64,000 nucleotides of DNA from a virus. Below the pieces are notes generated by a model. It did not search any database and was not told the DNA's origin. It saw only the letters and a program-made list of their open reading frames with translations. The stretch lies in the IMG/VR virus record IMGVR_UViG_3300020048_000014, positions 132,722 to 196,721 of that record, one strand, 5' to 3'. Position 1 is the stretch's first letter, and each line of letters opens with the position of its first letter. This document shows positions 50,587 through 60,628 of this stretch, in pieces. Position numbers and translations under genes: made by a program.

Positions 50587-52158
50587 ATGATAGATATTGA
50601 CATTAAGGACAAATTGCTGAAAATTTCAAATGAACAATATAAAGGTTCTCTAAGATTCTTTAAACCAAAGTTTACTGAGTCAATCATCGGAAAAGAATCA
50701 TTGGATCATATTAAGAAAAGAATAGATATAAAATTACAAAAATCGCATACGTTAATGTTGTATTGCTATCTGAATGATATTTATGAGAATCCTAAATGTA
50801 TATGTGGATGTGATACAAAATTTAATACCAATACAAAAGAGTTTATGAAGTATTGTAGTAATAAATGCAGATTTGAAAATTTTTCTGATGTGGTAGAGGT
50901 TAGAAAGAAATCAAATTTGGCAAAATATGGAACAAGTAATTATCTAGCTAGTGATGAGGGAAAGAAAAAAATCAAAGATTCCAATATTGAAAAATATGGG
51001 GTATCGAACTACACCCAAACTGAAGAATATAAAGAAAGTGTTCGTGGTAAAAAAAATTCCCCAGAATCAATTCAAAAAACAAAAGAGGCACATTTAAAAA
51101 GATCATATACAAACCTCGTTAAAAAATTTACTCATTGTAGCCCCCTCTTCACGGTTGATGAATTCGATGGAGTGAGAGGATATAAACAATATCCTTGGTC
51201 GTGTAATAAATGTAAATCTAATTTTATATCATCTTGTGATAATGGAAGCTCTCCGATATGTAATTTCTGTGAACCGACTGGATCTAAACATGAAGTTATC
51301 TGTAAAGAATTATTAGAATCTTTGGGAGTCGATTACAAGTATAGATATAGAAAGCTGCCATCTGGTAAAGAAATAGATCTATTTGTTCCAGATAAAATGT
51401 TTGGAATAGAAATGTGTGGGCTGTATTGGCATTCTACCGCTGGTCCGAGTTACGCCAAACCTAATCATATCAATAAACTAAACGAATGTGAAGAAAATGG
51501 TATTAAACTATTCACAATATTTGATGATGAAATGTATAATCCGGTAAAGAAACGGATAGTTTTAAATAAAATTAAAAATTCGGTTGGACACAATAAAAAG
51601 AAAATACATGCTAGAAAATGTAAAATAATTGAATTGAATTCAGATACGTGCAGTAGATTTCTAGAAAAGTATCATATCCAAGGTGCTATTGGTTCTACTT
51701 ATAAATACGGCTTAACTTATAAAAATAGACTTGTTGCCGTAATGACCTTCAATAAAGGAAGAACTTCAACGGGACACAAACCCGTAGAAGGAGATTGGGA
51801 ACTTGGGAGATATTGTACAATTTTTAATTTTAATATTGTTGGTGGTGCAAGTAAATTACTCACACATTTTGTTAAAAAAGTAAATCCAAATAAAATTTAT
51901 TCATATGCCGACAGGAGATGGAGTAATGGTAATATGTATAATAAGATAGGTTTCACTTTTGTTAAAAACACTACCCCCAATTACTGGTACACGAAAACAT
52001 TTAAAACTAGAGAACATAGGGTGAAGTATCAAAAGCATAAATTGGTAGATTTTCCCTCGTATGTTGATGCTTTAACTGAGGAAGAGATAATGAAATTAGA
52101 GAAGTATTTCAAAATCTGGGATTGTGGTAGTAAACTCTACGAGTGGATTAAATCTTAA
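50587..52158 (+). mobile_element. Second free-standing Hef-like homing endonuclease
   Basis: C.CG...CS..C zinc ribbons, EIDLFVP...GIE.CGLYWH, IYSYADRRWS.G, IWDCG. Confidence 0.8.
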
Positions 52159-52189
52159 TTTCGCCTTATTTTATTCTATTATTCCCACT

Positions 52190-53131
52190 TTAACGCAAAC
52201 TATTCCACCATATTTTCGCATCATTCATCTGATTTGGCCATAAATAATGTTTAAGAATTTCTTCTGGATCATGATCACCTTTAGCCAACTGTTGAACGGT
52301 ATCTAGTGCATAATCACGATCACCGCGACCAATATCTTTTAACAATATCTCTGCATCAAATTTTTCCCTTGGATTAAATAACTTTTTTCTTCCCCTTTTA
52401 TCATAATTATCTCGTTTCAGATTTTCGGGACTATAAGTCGATTGTATCTTTTTGATAAACTCCATTCTAGAAATTCTGACAAATGGATCATTAATACTAT
52501 GATATTTATTTTTTCCTTTTTCCCGAATCCAAAAAGCTCTTATTGAATTCGGATCAATATCTCCTGTGAACAATGCTTGGTTTTCTCCTCCCATCTGTAA
52601 GAACCATGCTAAATCTGGTCTATTAGATTTCAATATCCAATCAAATCCTTGTTTTTTAGCTTGATTTAAAATCCATTGAGTTTTTTCTTTCTGTGCAGTC
52701 TTTCTCTGATCCTTATTTTCATCTGGATCATTTGACCAATATTCTGACATCCCACCTTGTACCGTATATGATCCTCCCGGCCATACGGGAATTTCCAAAT
52801 CGGATTCAGGCGCATGTATTTCAGCGATTACTGATATATTTTCATATGCTCCAGTGAATTCTTTAGCGTTTTTTAATGAGCTACTTACAAATAATCCGAT
52901 AGGATTGTTATTTGATTCATATGAATATACTCGATTGGCTCTTTCTTTACCAGACATTCCAACTTTTGCAGCATCCAATGCATCCCGAGTATCTTTAAAT
53001 CCGTGATATACTCTAATAGTGTCTCCGAAATTAATGGGTTCTTTTCCGCGATCAGGCGTAACTACCTTCGCTTCATTTAATGATGATGGTGGTTTTGAAT
53101 ATTTTTTAAAAAATTCTTTAAATGAAATCAT
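52190..53131 (-). CDS. ADP-ribosyltransferase-like protein
   Basis: IRVYHGF...GLFVSSSL..A..F...EIH; start moved to ATG 53131 (MISFKEFF) with TAAATA-N5. Confidence 0.5.
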   Translation of the reverse strand: MISFKEFFKKYSKPPSSLNEAKVVTPDRGKEPINFGDTIRVYHGFKDTRDALDAAKVGMSGKERANRVYSYESNNNPIGLFVSSSLKNAKEFTGAYENISVIAEIHAPESDLEIPVWPGGSYTVQGGMSEYWSNDPDENKDQRKTAQKEKTQWILNQAKKQGFDWILKSNRPDLAWFLQMGGENQALFTGDIDPNSIRAFWIREKGKNKYHSINDPFVRISRMEFIKKIQSTYSPENLKRDNYDKRGRKKLFNPREKFDAEILLKDIGRGDRDYALDTVQQLAKGDHDPEEILKHYLWPNQMNDAKIWWNSLR

Positions 53132-53209
53132 AATGATATTTAACTCGAATAGTTTAATTAAATGACAATCGTTTATTGCAAAATCCAACCAATTTAACTA
53201 AATACTAAT

Positions 53210-53659
53210 ATGGCTAATTATACTTTTCAGACAAATCTTTTATCTGCCGCTAAAACAGGATTCCCACCATTAGTGGGAACATCATTATCAGCTACTGGTG
53301 TATCTTTTCTTTCTGGTGCGGGGGTCGTATTCGCATCCCAACAAGTTGGTATTGTATCTCTGTCTACTAATGATGTCGGGATTGCTTTCAATCCAGTGAG
53401 TGTCTCAGTTGCCAATACATCACTTTCAACATTTAGCCTTACTGCATTTCCGATGAAGACTGTCACTGTCGCTGGTTCAATTTTTAATATTCCATCGAGA
53501 CTAAATTCATCTAATTTTGCCATTGTTAAAACTTCTCCGGGAGACTTTACAGTATTTCCTTGGTTGTCTACTACCACAACTATTCCAACTTCTGCACTTT
53601 CTGCTGATCGTCAAGTAACTACTCAAGATACACGCCGTAAGCGTCTTTTAGGTTATTAA
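53210..53659 (+). CDS. Hypothetical late structural protein (Ser/Thr/Val-rich)
   Basis: TAAATA-N5-ATG; followed by a terminator. Confidence 0.6.
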   Translation: MANYTFQTNLLSAAKTGFPPLVGTSLSATGVSFLSGAGVVFASQQVGIVSLSTNDVGIAFNPVSVSVANTSLSTFSLTAFPMKTVTVAGSIFNIPSRLNSSNFAIVKTSPGDFTVFPWLSTTTTIPTSALSADRQVTTQDTRRKRLLGY

Positions 53660-53686
53660 TATTTCTTGTTTGTGTTCATCATACTT

Positions 53687-53720
53687 AAAACCTTTCAGAA
53701 TTTTTTCTGAAAGGTTTTTT
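53687..53720 (+). terminator. Rho-independent terminator
   Basis: AAAACCTTTCAGAA-TTTT-TTCTGAAAGGTTTTTT. Confidence 0.88.
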
Positions 53721-53738
53721 GTTATTAAATATATTTGT

Positions 53739-54479
53739 ATGTTTGTGCGTGGCAGTGGCAGTGGGGTAGAATATAAAAGAGTCGATAATTCTTTTTATAG
53801 AGGAGTTGTCGTTAAAAATAATGATCCTTTAAAACTCAATAGAGTTAAAGTATATATACCAGAATTAACTAATCAACCATTTGGTTCTTGGTTCGATGAA
53901 TATGATAATATTAACATTAATTCAGTTGGCACAAACACTGATACTAAGTGGAACGAAAAAGATGTTAATGGTGATTGGACAGACACTAAGATGTTTGAGG
54001 AGATTTCCAACTTAATACCTTGGGCCGAACAATGTTCTCCGTTGTTTGGAGAATCTGGTAATTTTAGATATTATAAAGATGGAGAGATTGCCACTATATC
54101 CGATTGTAATTACCCTGAAGGTTTTGATATTATAGATTCGGACTCTCCCACTTTATCATCAGGATCATTTAGTCCGTCTTTTTTATATGAAAATTCTGGG
54201 ACTCGTATAGGTGATGCTTTTTCTAAACCTATGGATAATTTCACTGTTAATTCCAATCCATATGCATTTCAATATGCCCCATCTAAAAATGTAAATAAAT
54301 CAAAAGGTATTTTCGGAATACCCGAAGTCGGATCAAAAGTTTGGGTGTTTCACTACGAGGGAGATTTAAATTTTCCAATTTATTTTGGGGTTGTCGGAAA
54401 ATCTTATAGAGAATTAGCATTAATTAATAATACCGATAATGACAAATCTATAGGTATCAAATATCCATATGATTTTTGA
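53739..54479 (+). CDS. 5: gp5 N-terminal OB-fold baseplate hub module
   Basis: YRGVVVKNNDPLKLNRVKVYIP, PWAEQ, GIFGIPEVGSKVWV...GD.NFPIYFG; start moved to ATG 53739. Confidence 0.82.
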   Translation: MFVRGSGSGVEYKRVDNSFYRGVVVKNNDPLKLNRVKVYIPELTNQPFGSWFDEYDNININSVGTNTDTKWNEKDVNGDWTDTKMFEEISNLIPWAEQCSPLFGESGNFRYYKDGEIATISDCNYPEGFDIIDSDSPTLSSGSFSPSFLYENSGTRIGDAFSKPMDNFTVNSNPYAFQYAPSKNVNKSKGIFGIPEVGSKVWVFHYEGDLNFPIYFGVVGKSYRELALINNTDNDKSIGIKYPYDF

Positions 54480-54516
54480 TATAGATTATATCGATTATTA
54501 ATGTAAATATATATAT

Positions 54517-56109
54517 ATGTCTTTAATTTATAGAAATAAACTAATCATAAATCAACGAGGCGGAAGTTTGGAAATCGATAATTCGACGGAAGACGAAAAA
54601 CTAAAAATATCTCAAAGATCAGGCTCCAATATAAATTTAACTAATATTGTAACATCTGAATTAGCTACAAATAATAAACAGTTAAATGTTGTAAATGATT
54701 CGTATGAAACCATTGGAGGCGATAAAAATACTCTATGTGGTAAAGATAAAATTACTAGAACTGGTGAAAATTCTTATGAATTAGATGGGTTCATCAATCA
54801 GTCTCAATTAGATTCCTTTACAGAATGGAAGGATCTTTATCAAACTATCGCTAAATTAAACTCACAATTTAAAATTAAACGCGGCGGTAATAGTTTTCCT
54901 AACGGGGAAGAAACTAAAATTGGTGGTAAACGGTCAGAAAATCCAGTATTAAAAAATACTCCCGTCACGGTGGAAAATAAATTCAACGGTTATAATGGTA
55001 CTCCAGTTAGGAATAATGAAAAAGATGAAGTTGTTTCTTATGAAAAAGTTATCGACAAGGGAAATACAAAACCCGCATCATCTAAAAAAATAACTATAAA
55101 TGATATCCAAAAATCTGCTGGATCTACTGGATCTAAAGCTCCCGGAGTGGTTGAATTTGGGGCATCATTACATGCCGCCACTGAGAATGGTGAATGGGAA
55201 AAAAATACGGAAAGTTCAAAATTACCCGATGATATATTAGAATTACAAAAAAAGTTAACAGCGGTAGAATCAAATATGGGTAATGGTGGAGATAAAATAT
55301 CGTGTATTAAAAGAAACAAATTTGAACAAGTCGGTGCTATCTTCAATGATTTTCCCAGCATTAGGATAGATCCAAAAGGTAGAAGTCAACCATTTGAGAT
55401 GTTAGTATCTGATACTGGAACATATAAAAATCATGATTATGTTCCACATGTAGAAGAGGTGGATAATTCTTCTAATTTTCCATGTGGCAATGATGATAAA
55501 ATCATAGGCAACAGATATAGTAGAAATGTTGGATCGGGAGGTATAAATTTTAAAACTACCGGACCTGTTGAGATATCTGGAACCAGTTTAAAAACTGGGT
55601 TTAAACGAATCAATTTAAACGCTTCACATGGTATCCAAATAGGATCTGAATCATTTGTAGAAATTCAATCTTTAAAAAGTATAACACTGAGGACTAATAG
55701 ACAAGTGTATATAGATTCTTCATTGGGAGTGAGGGGTAATGTGGTCGTAGGTGGTGGTATCAGCGTAGAGGGCGAGTTATATGTCCAACATATAACAGCA
55801 CCTTTAGAAGTGCATCAGACTGAAGATACTATATTATTTGGAAAGTTTGCATCCAATAATGATAAAGCGTTATTAATAGGAGAAACTTTGGTAAATGGGG
55901 CGTGGTATCCAACTTATGCCAAATCCACTGACAACTTAATAGTCAATTACGCACATAGTCATCACCATAATGGAATACCTATGCGGTTAACCGAAGCTAA
56001 TAAAGATGTGAGAAGTTTAGCACAAAAAGAAAATATAAACAATCACAGTAACGTGTCGCAAGCAATAGCTCAAATCCATGAGCGGAAAGTTGCAGTCGCT
56101 ACAAATTGA
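54517..56109 (+). CDS. gp5-like C-terminal spike (beta-helix) module
   Basis: Repeated beta-strand motifs (YETIGGDKN, NVVVGGGISVEG), C-terminal HSHHH metal site; follows the OB-fold gene. Confidence 0.65.
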   Translation: MSLIYRNKLIINQRGGSLEIDNSTEDEKLKISQRSGSNINLTNIVTSELATNNKQLNVVNDSYETIGGDKNTLCGKDKITRTGENSYELDGFINQSQLDSFTEWKDLYQTIAKLNSQFKIKRGGNSFPNGEETKIGGKRSENPVLKNTPVTVENKFNGYNGTPVRNNEKDEVVSYEKVIDKGNTKPASSKKITINDIQKSAGSTGSKAPGVVEFGASLHAATENGEWEKNTESSKLPDDILELQKKLTAVESNMGNGGDKISCIKRNKFEQVGAIFNDFPSIRIDPKGRSQPFEMLVSDTGTYKNHDYVPHVEEVDNSSNFPCGNDDKIIGNRYSRNVGSGGINFKTTGPVEISGTSLKTGFKRINLNASHGIQIGSESFVEIQSLKSITLRTNRQVYIDSSLGVRGNVVVGGGISVEGELYVQHITAPLEVHQTEDTILFGKFASNNDKALLIGETLVNGAWYPTYAKSTDNLIVNYAHSHHHNGIPMRLTEANKDVRSLAQKENINNHSNVSQAIAQIHERKVAVATN

Positions 56110-56113
56110 TTAG

Positions 56114-56803
56114 TTATTTTATTTCATCCACTATTCCATAGCTTAAACATTCGTCAGCATTTAAATAAATGTCTTTCGTCATCAATTCATCTAATTTTTT
56201 CATAGGAATTTTTGTATTTTTCTTATAAAACTCTTTGAGAATCTTCATAAGAGTAGTTGCTGAATCCATGCCTGCTTGCAATTCTGCAAAAGTTCCGTAA
56301 ATTTCACTAGATAATTGATGGATTAACATGTGAGCATGTTTTCCTACATATCTTTTACTACCAACAGAAGTTATAAGAGTTCCTGCGGATGCGACTAGAC
56401 CATCAGCATATGTGTATAATGTAGATTTTAAATTTAAAATTGTATCTACCGTAGAGAATGCCGCATATATTTCCCCACCGGGAGTATTAATGTGTAGATG
56501 AATTGTTGGTTTATAATCATCGCCTAAAGTATTTTTAAGATTTTGTAATTTTATATCCAATTCTACTAATACTCTATTAAGGTCTAAGCATGCTTGCTCA
56601 TCAATTTCGCCATAGAAAAATAATTTATTTTCGACTACACGTATACCACTTGCGGGTTGTGCCATTTCCTGCGAATTAATGAACAAAGGAAATCCTGCAA
56701 TTGCAGAAGGTTCTTTTTCTTCATTTTCTTCTGTGGATAGTCTATGTTTTTTAACTTTCCAATTCATGTTTTTTGATTTTGTCATAATTTTTAGGATTCG
56801 CAA
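56114..56803 (-). CDS. clpP: ClpP-like peptidase
   Basis: FYGEI, HINTPGG, GLVASAGT, MLIHQ, YLNADECL.YGIVD. Confidence 0.88.
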   Translation of the reverse strand: MRILKIMTKSKNMNWKVKKHRLSTEENEEKEPSAIAGFPLFINSQEMAQPASGIRVVENKLFFYGEIDEQACLDLNRVLVELDIKLQNLKNTLGDDYKPTIHLHINTPGGEIYAAFSTVDTILNLKSTLYTYADGLVASAGTLITSVGSKRYVGKHAHMLIHQLSSEIYGTFAELQAGMDSATTLMKILKEFYKKNTKIPMKKLDELMTKDIYLNADECLSYGIVDEIK

Positions 56804-58440
56804 CTTTTACATTCCATAATTGAACGGACTGTTTGTAGACTTGGTGATGTGCTTCGTTGATAGTAAAAGGTTTTAATACCATTCTCCCAACCATAAATCA
56901 TAAGATCGCTCACTTCCTTTGGTTTAGCATCGTGTGGTATCATTAAATTCAATGATACTGATTGATCTATATATTTTTGTCTGTGAATGTTTTGAATAAC
57001 AATCTCTTTTTGACTTATCTCACCGAAGGTTTTGAATACATTTTTTTCTTCTTCTGATAAGAATTCTAAATGTTGAACAGATCCCCCATGAATTAATATG
57101 TCCTTCCAAACCACATCATCATCTTTATCTTTAGACTTTAAAAGATCTTTTAAGTAAGGATTCTTATGTGTGAATGTCCCTTTACTTAGTTTCTGAGTGT
57201 AATAATTTGAATTGACGGGTTCAATGCTTTGAGAAACTTGCCCAAGAATAAACGATGATGAAGTAGTTGGAGCAACTGCCATGGTTGTTACATTCCTTCT
57301 ACCATACCCACACAATAACTCTGGCTCTCCTAAAATCTTAGATAGTTCTTCAGTTGCTTTATCTGCCCGCTTTCTGAAAGTTTCAAAAATTTCCAAATTC
57401 AAAAACTGTGCTTCTATTGATTCAAATGGAATCATTTTGGATTGTAATAAAGAATGCCATCCTAGAACACCAGCACCCAAAGCTCTTTGTTTTTTAGCGA
57501 AGGTATTTGCAGATTCCATGAATTTAACACCTTCAGTTTTTTGAACAAATTCTTCATTGACCGCATCCAAGAAATATATCAAAGTTTCAATGGCATCGGT
57601 TTCTTTAATTTCATCCCAATGTAATAAATTCAAAGAAGATAACACACACACAAAAGAATTTTCCGCGTCTGAAAAAAGTCCAATTTCTGCACATAAATTA
57701 CTGGCTTTGATTTTCATCTGTTTATCTTTATACACTTGAGGAGAATTATTATTAAAATTATCGACAAACATTATATAAGGATATCCCGTTTCAAACTTTT
57801 TCTGAATAATTTTTCCCCATATTTTTCTTTTGGGTTTATCACCAGCTTTTAGATCATTCATCCACTCGTCCGTTATCGTAACAGCAAAACTCATATTCTG
57901 AATAGGATTCCCTTCAGATTTTATGTTTAAAAATTCATCGATATCGGAATGCTCAACTGGAAGATACGCCACAAAACTTCCCCTACGACTCGAACCTTGA
58001 CTGATAACATCAGCCGTTTTGTCGAATAGCTCCATAAACCTTACAGGACCGTCTGTAATTCCTCCGGTTGATATTTTTGATCCTCTACCCCTAACATCGC
58101 CAAAATACGCTGATGTTCCTCCACCGAGCTTAGACATTATTCCAATTTCTCCAACCTTTGATAGAATGTCGGACGTAACATCTGGTATGTATGAACCATA
58201 ACATGCTACAGGTAATCCTTTGGTAGTTCCAAAATTTGTCCAGCATGGAGTGGATAAACTATAATATCCTAACGCCATGTATTCTTCGAATTTTTTTGAA
58301 AATCCTTCTATACCTAGAATTTCTTCAGCGCGATTGGCTATTTGAGTGATTCTTTCCTCTGCTGTAACATTATCGTCTAAGTATCCTCTGGATAAAAATG
58401 TTCTACTATCCTTATTAAGCCATTTATATTTTTTACTCAT
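56791..58440 (-). CDS. nrdA: Class Ia ribonucleotide reductase alpha subunit (no ATP cone)
   Basis: ACY, GGGTS, RRG, SNLCAEI, CVLSSLN, RALG.G..G, APTTSSS, DQ..S.N, LYYQRS-type end. Confidence 0.95.
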   Translation of the reverse strand: MSKKYKWLNKDSRTFLSRGYLDDNVTAEERITQIANRAEEILGIEGFSKKFEEYMALGYYSLSTPCWTNFGTTKGLPVACYGSYIPDVTSDILSKVGEIGIMSKLGGGTSAYFGDVRGRGSKISTGGITDGPVRFMELFDKTADVISQGSSRRGSFVAYLPVEHSDIDEFLNIKSEGNPIQNMSFAVTITDEWMNDLKAGDKPKRKIWGKIIQKKFETGYPYIMFVDNFNNNSPQVYKDKQMKIKASNLCAEIGLFSDAENSFVCVLSSLNLLHWDEIKETDAIETLIYFLDAVNEEFVQKTEGVKFMESANTFAKKQRALGAGVLGWHSLLQSKMIPFESIEAQFLNLEIFETFRKRADKATEELSKILGEPELLCGYGRRNVTTMAVAPTTSSSFILGQVSQSIEPVNSNYYTQKLSKGTFTHKNPYLKDLLKSKDKDDDVVWKDILIHGGSVQHLEFLSEEEKNVFKTFGEISQKEIVIQNIHRQKYIDQSVSLNLMIPHDAKPKEVSDLMIYGWENGIKTFYYQRSTSPSLQTVRSIMECKSCES

Positions 58441-58448
58441 ATTAATTA

Positions 58449-59492
58449 TTAAAATAAATCGTCTTCTGAAAAACTTTGATTCGCAATTCCATACTCGGTT
58501 GGTCTACCGTGAAAGAAATCAGATTGAGAGTTTCCAATTATTTGTTCGTTGAACCATTCTGTTTTACTGAGAATGATCGAATCAATTTCGAATATCTCTG
58601 GATATCCTATATCACTCAGAGAGATATTCAATCGGTTTTTTATAAATTCTTTCAAAATTGTCGGATTCAACTCTGGTTCATCGTAGCTCCCGAGAATCCA
58701 TTCAATTATTTGACATTCATATTTTACTGCTTGCTCTGCTTCTTTTAAAATTCTTTCTTTTAATTCATCATCAAATAATTCTGGAAATTCATCCTTGATG
58801 ACGTTGATCAATTTAATTCCAACATTACTGTGGATGATTTCTTCTCTAGAAGTATATTCGACTTGTTTGTTGGTATCCTTCAAAACATTCTTGTATTTCC
58901 CAAACCAAGCTATTGTGTAAAATTGTGAAAAGAGTGCGATGTTTTCCACAAAAAGTGTAAACAATATTAAAGAGTAAATAAATTGTTTTTTATTATCTGA
59001 ATGAAATTTGTGTAAGTATTTTTTCAAATAGTTTACCCGTCCTTTAATTATATCCAGTTCTAGTATTTCCTCGAATGAATCATTTATCCCTAAAACCTCC
59101 AATAATTTAGAATATGCTTTACCGTGAACGACTTCGTTTGAAGCCATTACAAATCCCATATCTACAATAGATGGATGAGGAAGATTTTCCCCAATTTTAG
59201 CCCAGAATTTTTTCACTGAAATTTCTAGCTGTCCAATGGTAGACAATCCTCTGATTATAATATCACGTTCATCATTATTCAAATGCACTTTAAAATCCTG
59301 AACATCAGATTGAAATGTGAATAATCTATGTGTCCAAAATGAATTTTGGATGGATTCCAGATAATAATTAGTCCAAGGATACCTGTCTGGTTTTAGGCTA
59401 ACTTGCTCTTCGAATATACTGAATTTGCGATCATTTATTACGTCCCTCATGTGAGCATCTAGTCTACCACCCCCCTCGAAATTGTCAATCAT
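58449..59492 (-). CDS. nrdB: Ribonucleotide reductase beta subunit
   Basis: FWTH...F..D, E..H...Y, E....S.F, REE..H, DFF..RPTEY. Confidence 0.95.
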   Translation of the reverse strand: MIDNFEGGGRLDAHMRDVINDRKFSIFEEQVSLKPDRYPWTNYYLESIQNSFWTHRLFTFQSDVQDFKVHLNNDERDIIIRGLSTIGQLEISVKKFWAKIGENLPHPSIVDMGFVMASNEVVHGKAYSKLLEVLGINDSFEEILELDIIKGRVNYLKKYLHKFHSDNKKQFIYSLILFTLFVENIALFSQFYTIAWFGKYKNVLKDTNKQVEYTSREEIIHSNVGIKLINVIKDEFPELFDDELKERILKEAEQAVKYECQIIEWILGSYDEPELNPTILKEFIKNRLNISLSDIGYPEIFEIDSIILSKTEWFNEQIIGNSQSDFFHGRPTEYGIANQSFSEDDLF

Positions 59493-59577
59493 AGTCGAAT
59501 TATTTAATCATAATATCCGTAAAAACAACAGACTCAAAAAGAAATCCGAATAGATAAATACACGACTAAATAAGAAT

Positions 59578-59919
59578 ATGGACAAAGGATTATTCGAAGT
59601 TTATAGCGAAGTTATAGAGGAGACTTGGGGAGGTCTGGCTATGAACCGCCCACCACTCAAGGGAGGCATACAGGCCCCACAGGACTCCCGGAATACCCTA
59701 TCTAGTGCTAGTTCTAAGATTGGCATTGAACAGGGTAGTCTCTATAACCAGAGTCAGGCTAGTGGACAAAATCCTTATGAACAAGAAGAATCTAAATCTA
59801 TTGACAAGCAAAGAATCTATGATATAATAGAGCATCTTATGAAAGATTTAGATTCTTCTAAGATTACAGATAGAACCGCAGTAATGGTTTTAGGAAAACT
59901 TAAAAAATATATTAAATAA
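59578..59919 (+). CDS. Hypothetical late (putative head-internal) protein
   Basis: TAAATA-N5-ATG; LFEVYSEVIEE leader. Confidence 0.6.
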   Translation: MDKGLFEVYSEVIEETWGGLAMNRPPLKGGIQAPQDSRNTLSSASSKIGIEQGSLYNQSQASGQNPYEQEESKSIDKQRIYDIIEHLMKDLDSSKITDRTAVMVLGKLKKYIK

Positions 59920-59923
59920 TTTT

Positions 59924-60385
59924 ATGCAAAACGCATAGGTAGCAACTGCCGTAACAGTTGTAAAACGTAGGCCATTCCTAGTCGGAATGAAAGTAAGAAT
60001 AAAAGAACTAGCTCAAGAAACTAAATTTATTCGATTAGAACAAGATAAAATTAAATCTAAACAAAAGATTATGCCTTGTCCATCAATGTATGATCATATT
60101 AAGAGAGAATGGTATCCTAAAAGAGATAATAATTCTGGTGATTGGGTCGCTTTAGAATCTCATCGAAAGGTTGAAGTTAGAGAAGCTGCAAGAGCAGCAC
60201 AACTAGCTTATGGTTTCTTGAGAGAAATTTCTTATTATGAAATAGAAAGTAAACGAAAGCTAGAAAAAGAATATAGGTTTAATAATTATATTAAACCTGA
60301 AATCAAAAGACTGGCAAAAAAATTCGGTAAACTTTATGGTAAAGAAAATTACGATGAAGAGATCGAAAGGTGGTTGACAACCTAA
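59924..60385 (+). CDS. Conserved-looking phage protein; promoter-predicted start at 59924 with an in-frame TAG at codon 5 (alternative start 59987)
   Basis: TAAATA(59913-18)-N5-ATG CAA AAC GCA TAG GTA...GGA ATG(59987), same frame; body KVRIKELA.E.KFIR...HR..EVREAAR..QLAYGFLR..Y..IE. Confidence 0.6.
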
Positions 60386-60401
60386 AAAACCATGGTAGAC
60401 T
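60374..60401 (+). promoter_or_regulatory. Sigma70-like promoter for the suppressor tRNA, TTGACA-N16-TAGACT with extended -10 TG
   Basis: 13 nt upstream of the tRNA 5' end. Confidence 0.65.
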
Positions 60402-60414
60402 GGTTCTACCAAAA

Positions 60415-60489
60415 GCGGGGATGGCAGAGTGGTTATGCAGGGAATTCTAAACTCCTTTCAGGCGATTTCGAATATCGCTCCTCGCACCA
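60415..60489 (+). tRNA. tRNA-Sup(CTA), amber suppressor
   Basis: Acceptor GCGGGGA/TCCTCGC-A-CCA; D-arm GCA-GAGTGGTTA-TGC; anticodon loop TT-CTA-AA (60447-49); T-arm GCGAT-TTCGAAT-ATCGC. Confidence 0.88.
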
Positions 60490-60628
60490 TTTTAAAAAAT
60501 TAAACAACAAACACTAAATAACATTACAGCAAATGCAATTCAATTACCAACAGATGAATAATGGGAAATACAATCCGAAAGATTGTTGATGGAGGAATAT
60601 TACTGATTAAACACTAATTTAAAGTAAC

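Noticed and set aside
54470-54520. Programmed frameshift joining the two gp5 halves
   Set aside because: The downstream frame has a TAA at 54499, so there is no overlap for a simple shift, and the second ORF has its own promoter motif.
56791-59492. Group I introns or inteins in nrdA/nrdB
   Set aside because: Both ORFs are continuous and of normal or short length.
60490-60560. Theta (HDV-like) ribozyme 3' of the suppressor tRNA, or a tmRNA tag
   Set aside because: The trailer is A/T-rich and unstructured, the tRNA already encodes CCA, and the GCAAAT-started peptide does not resemble a degradation tag.
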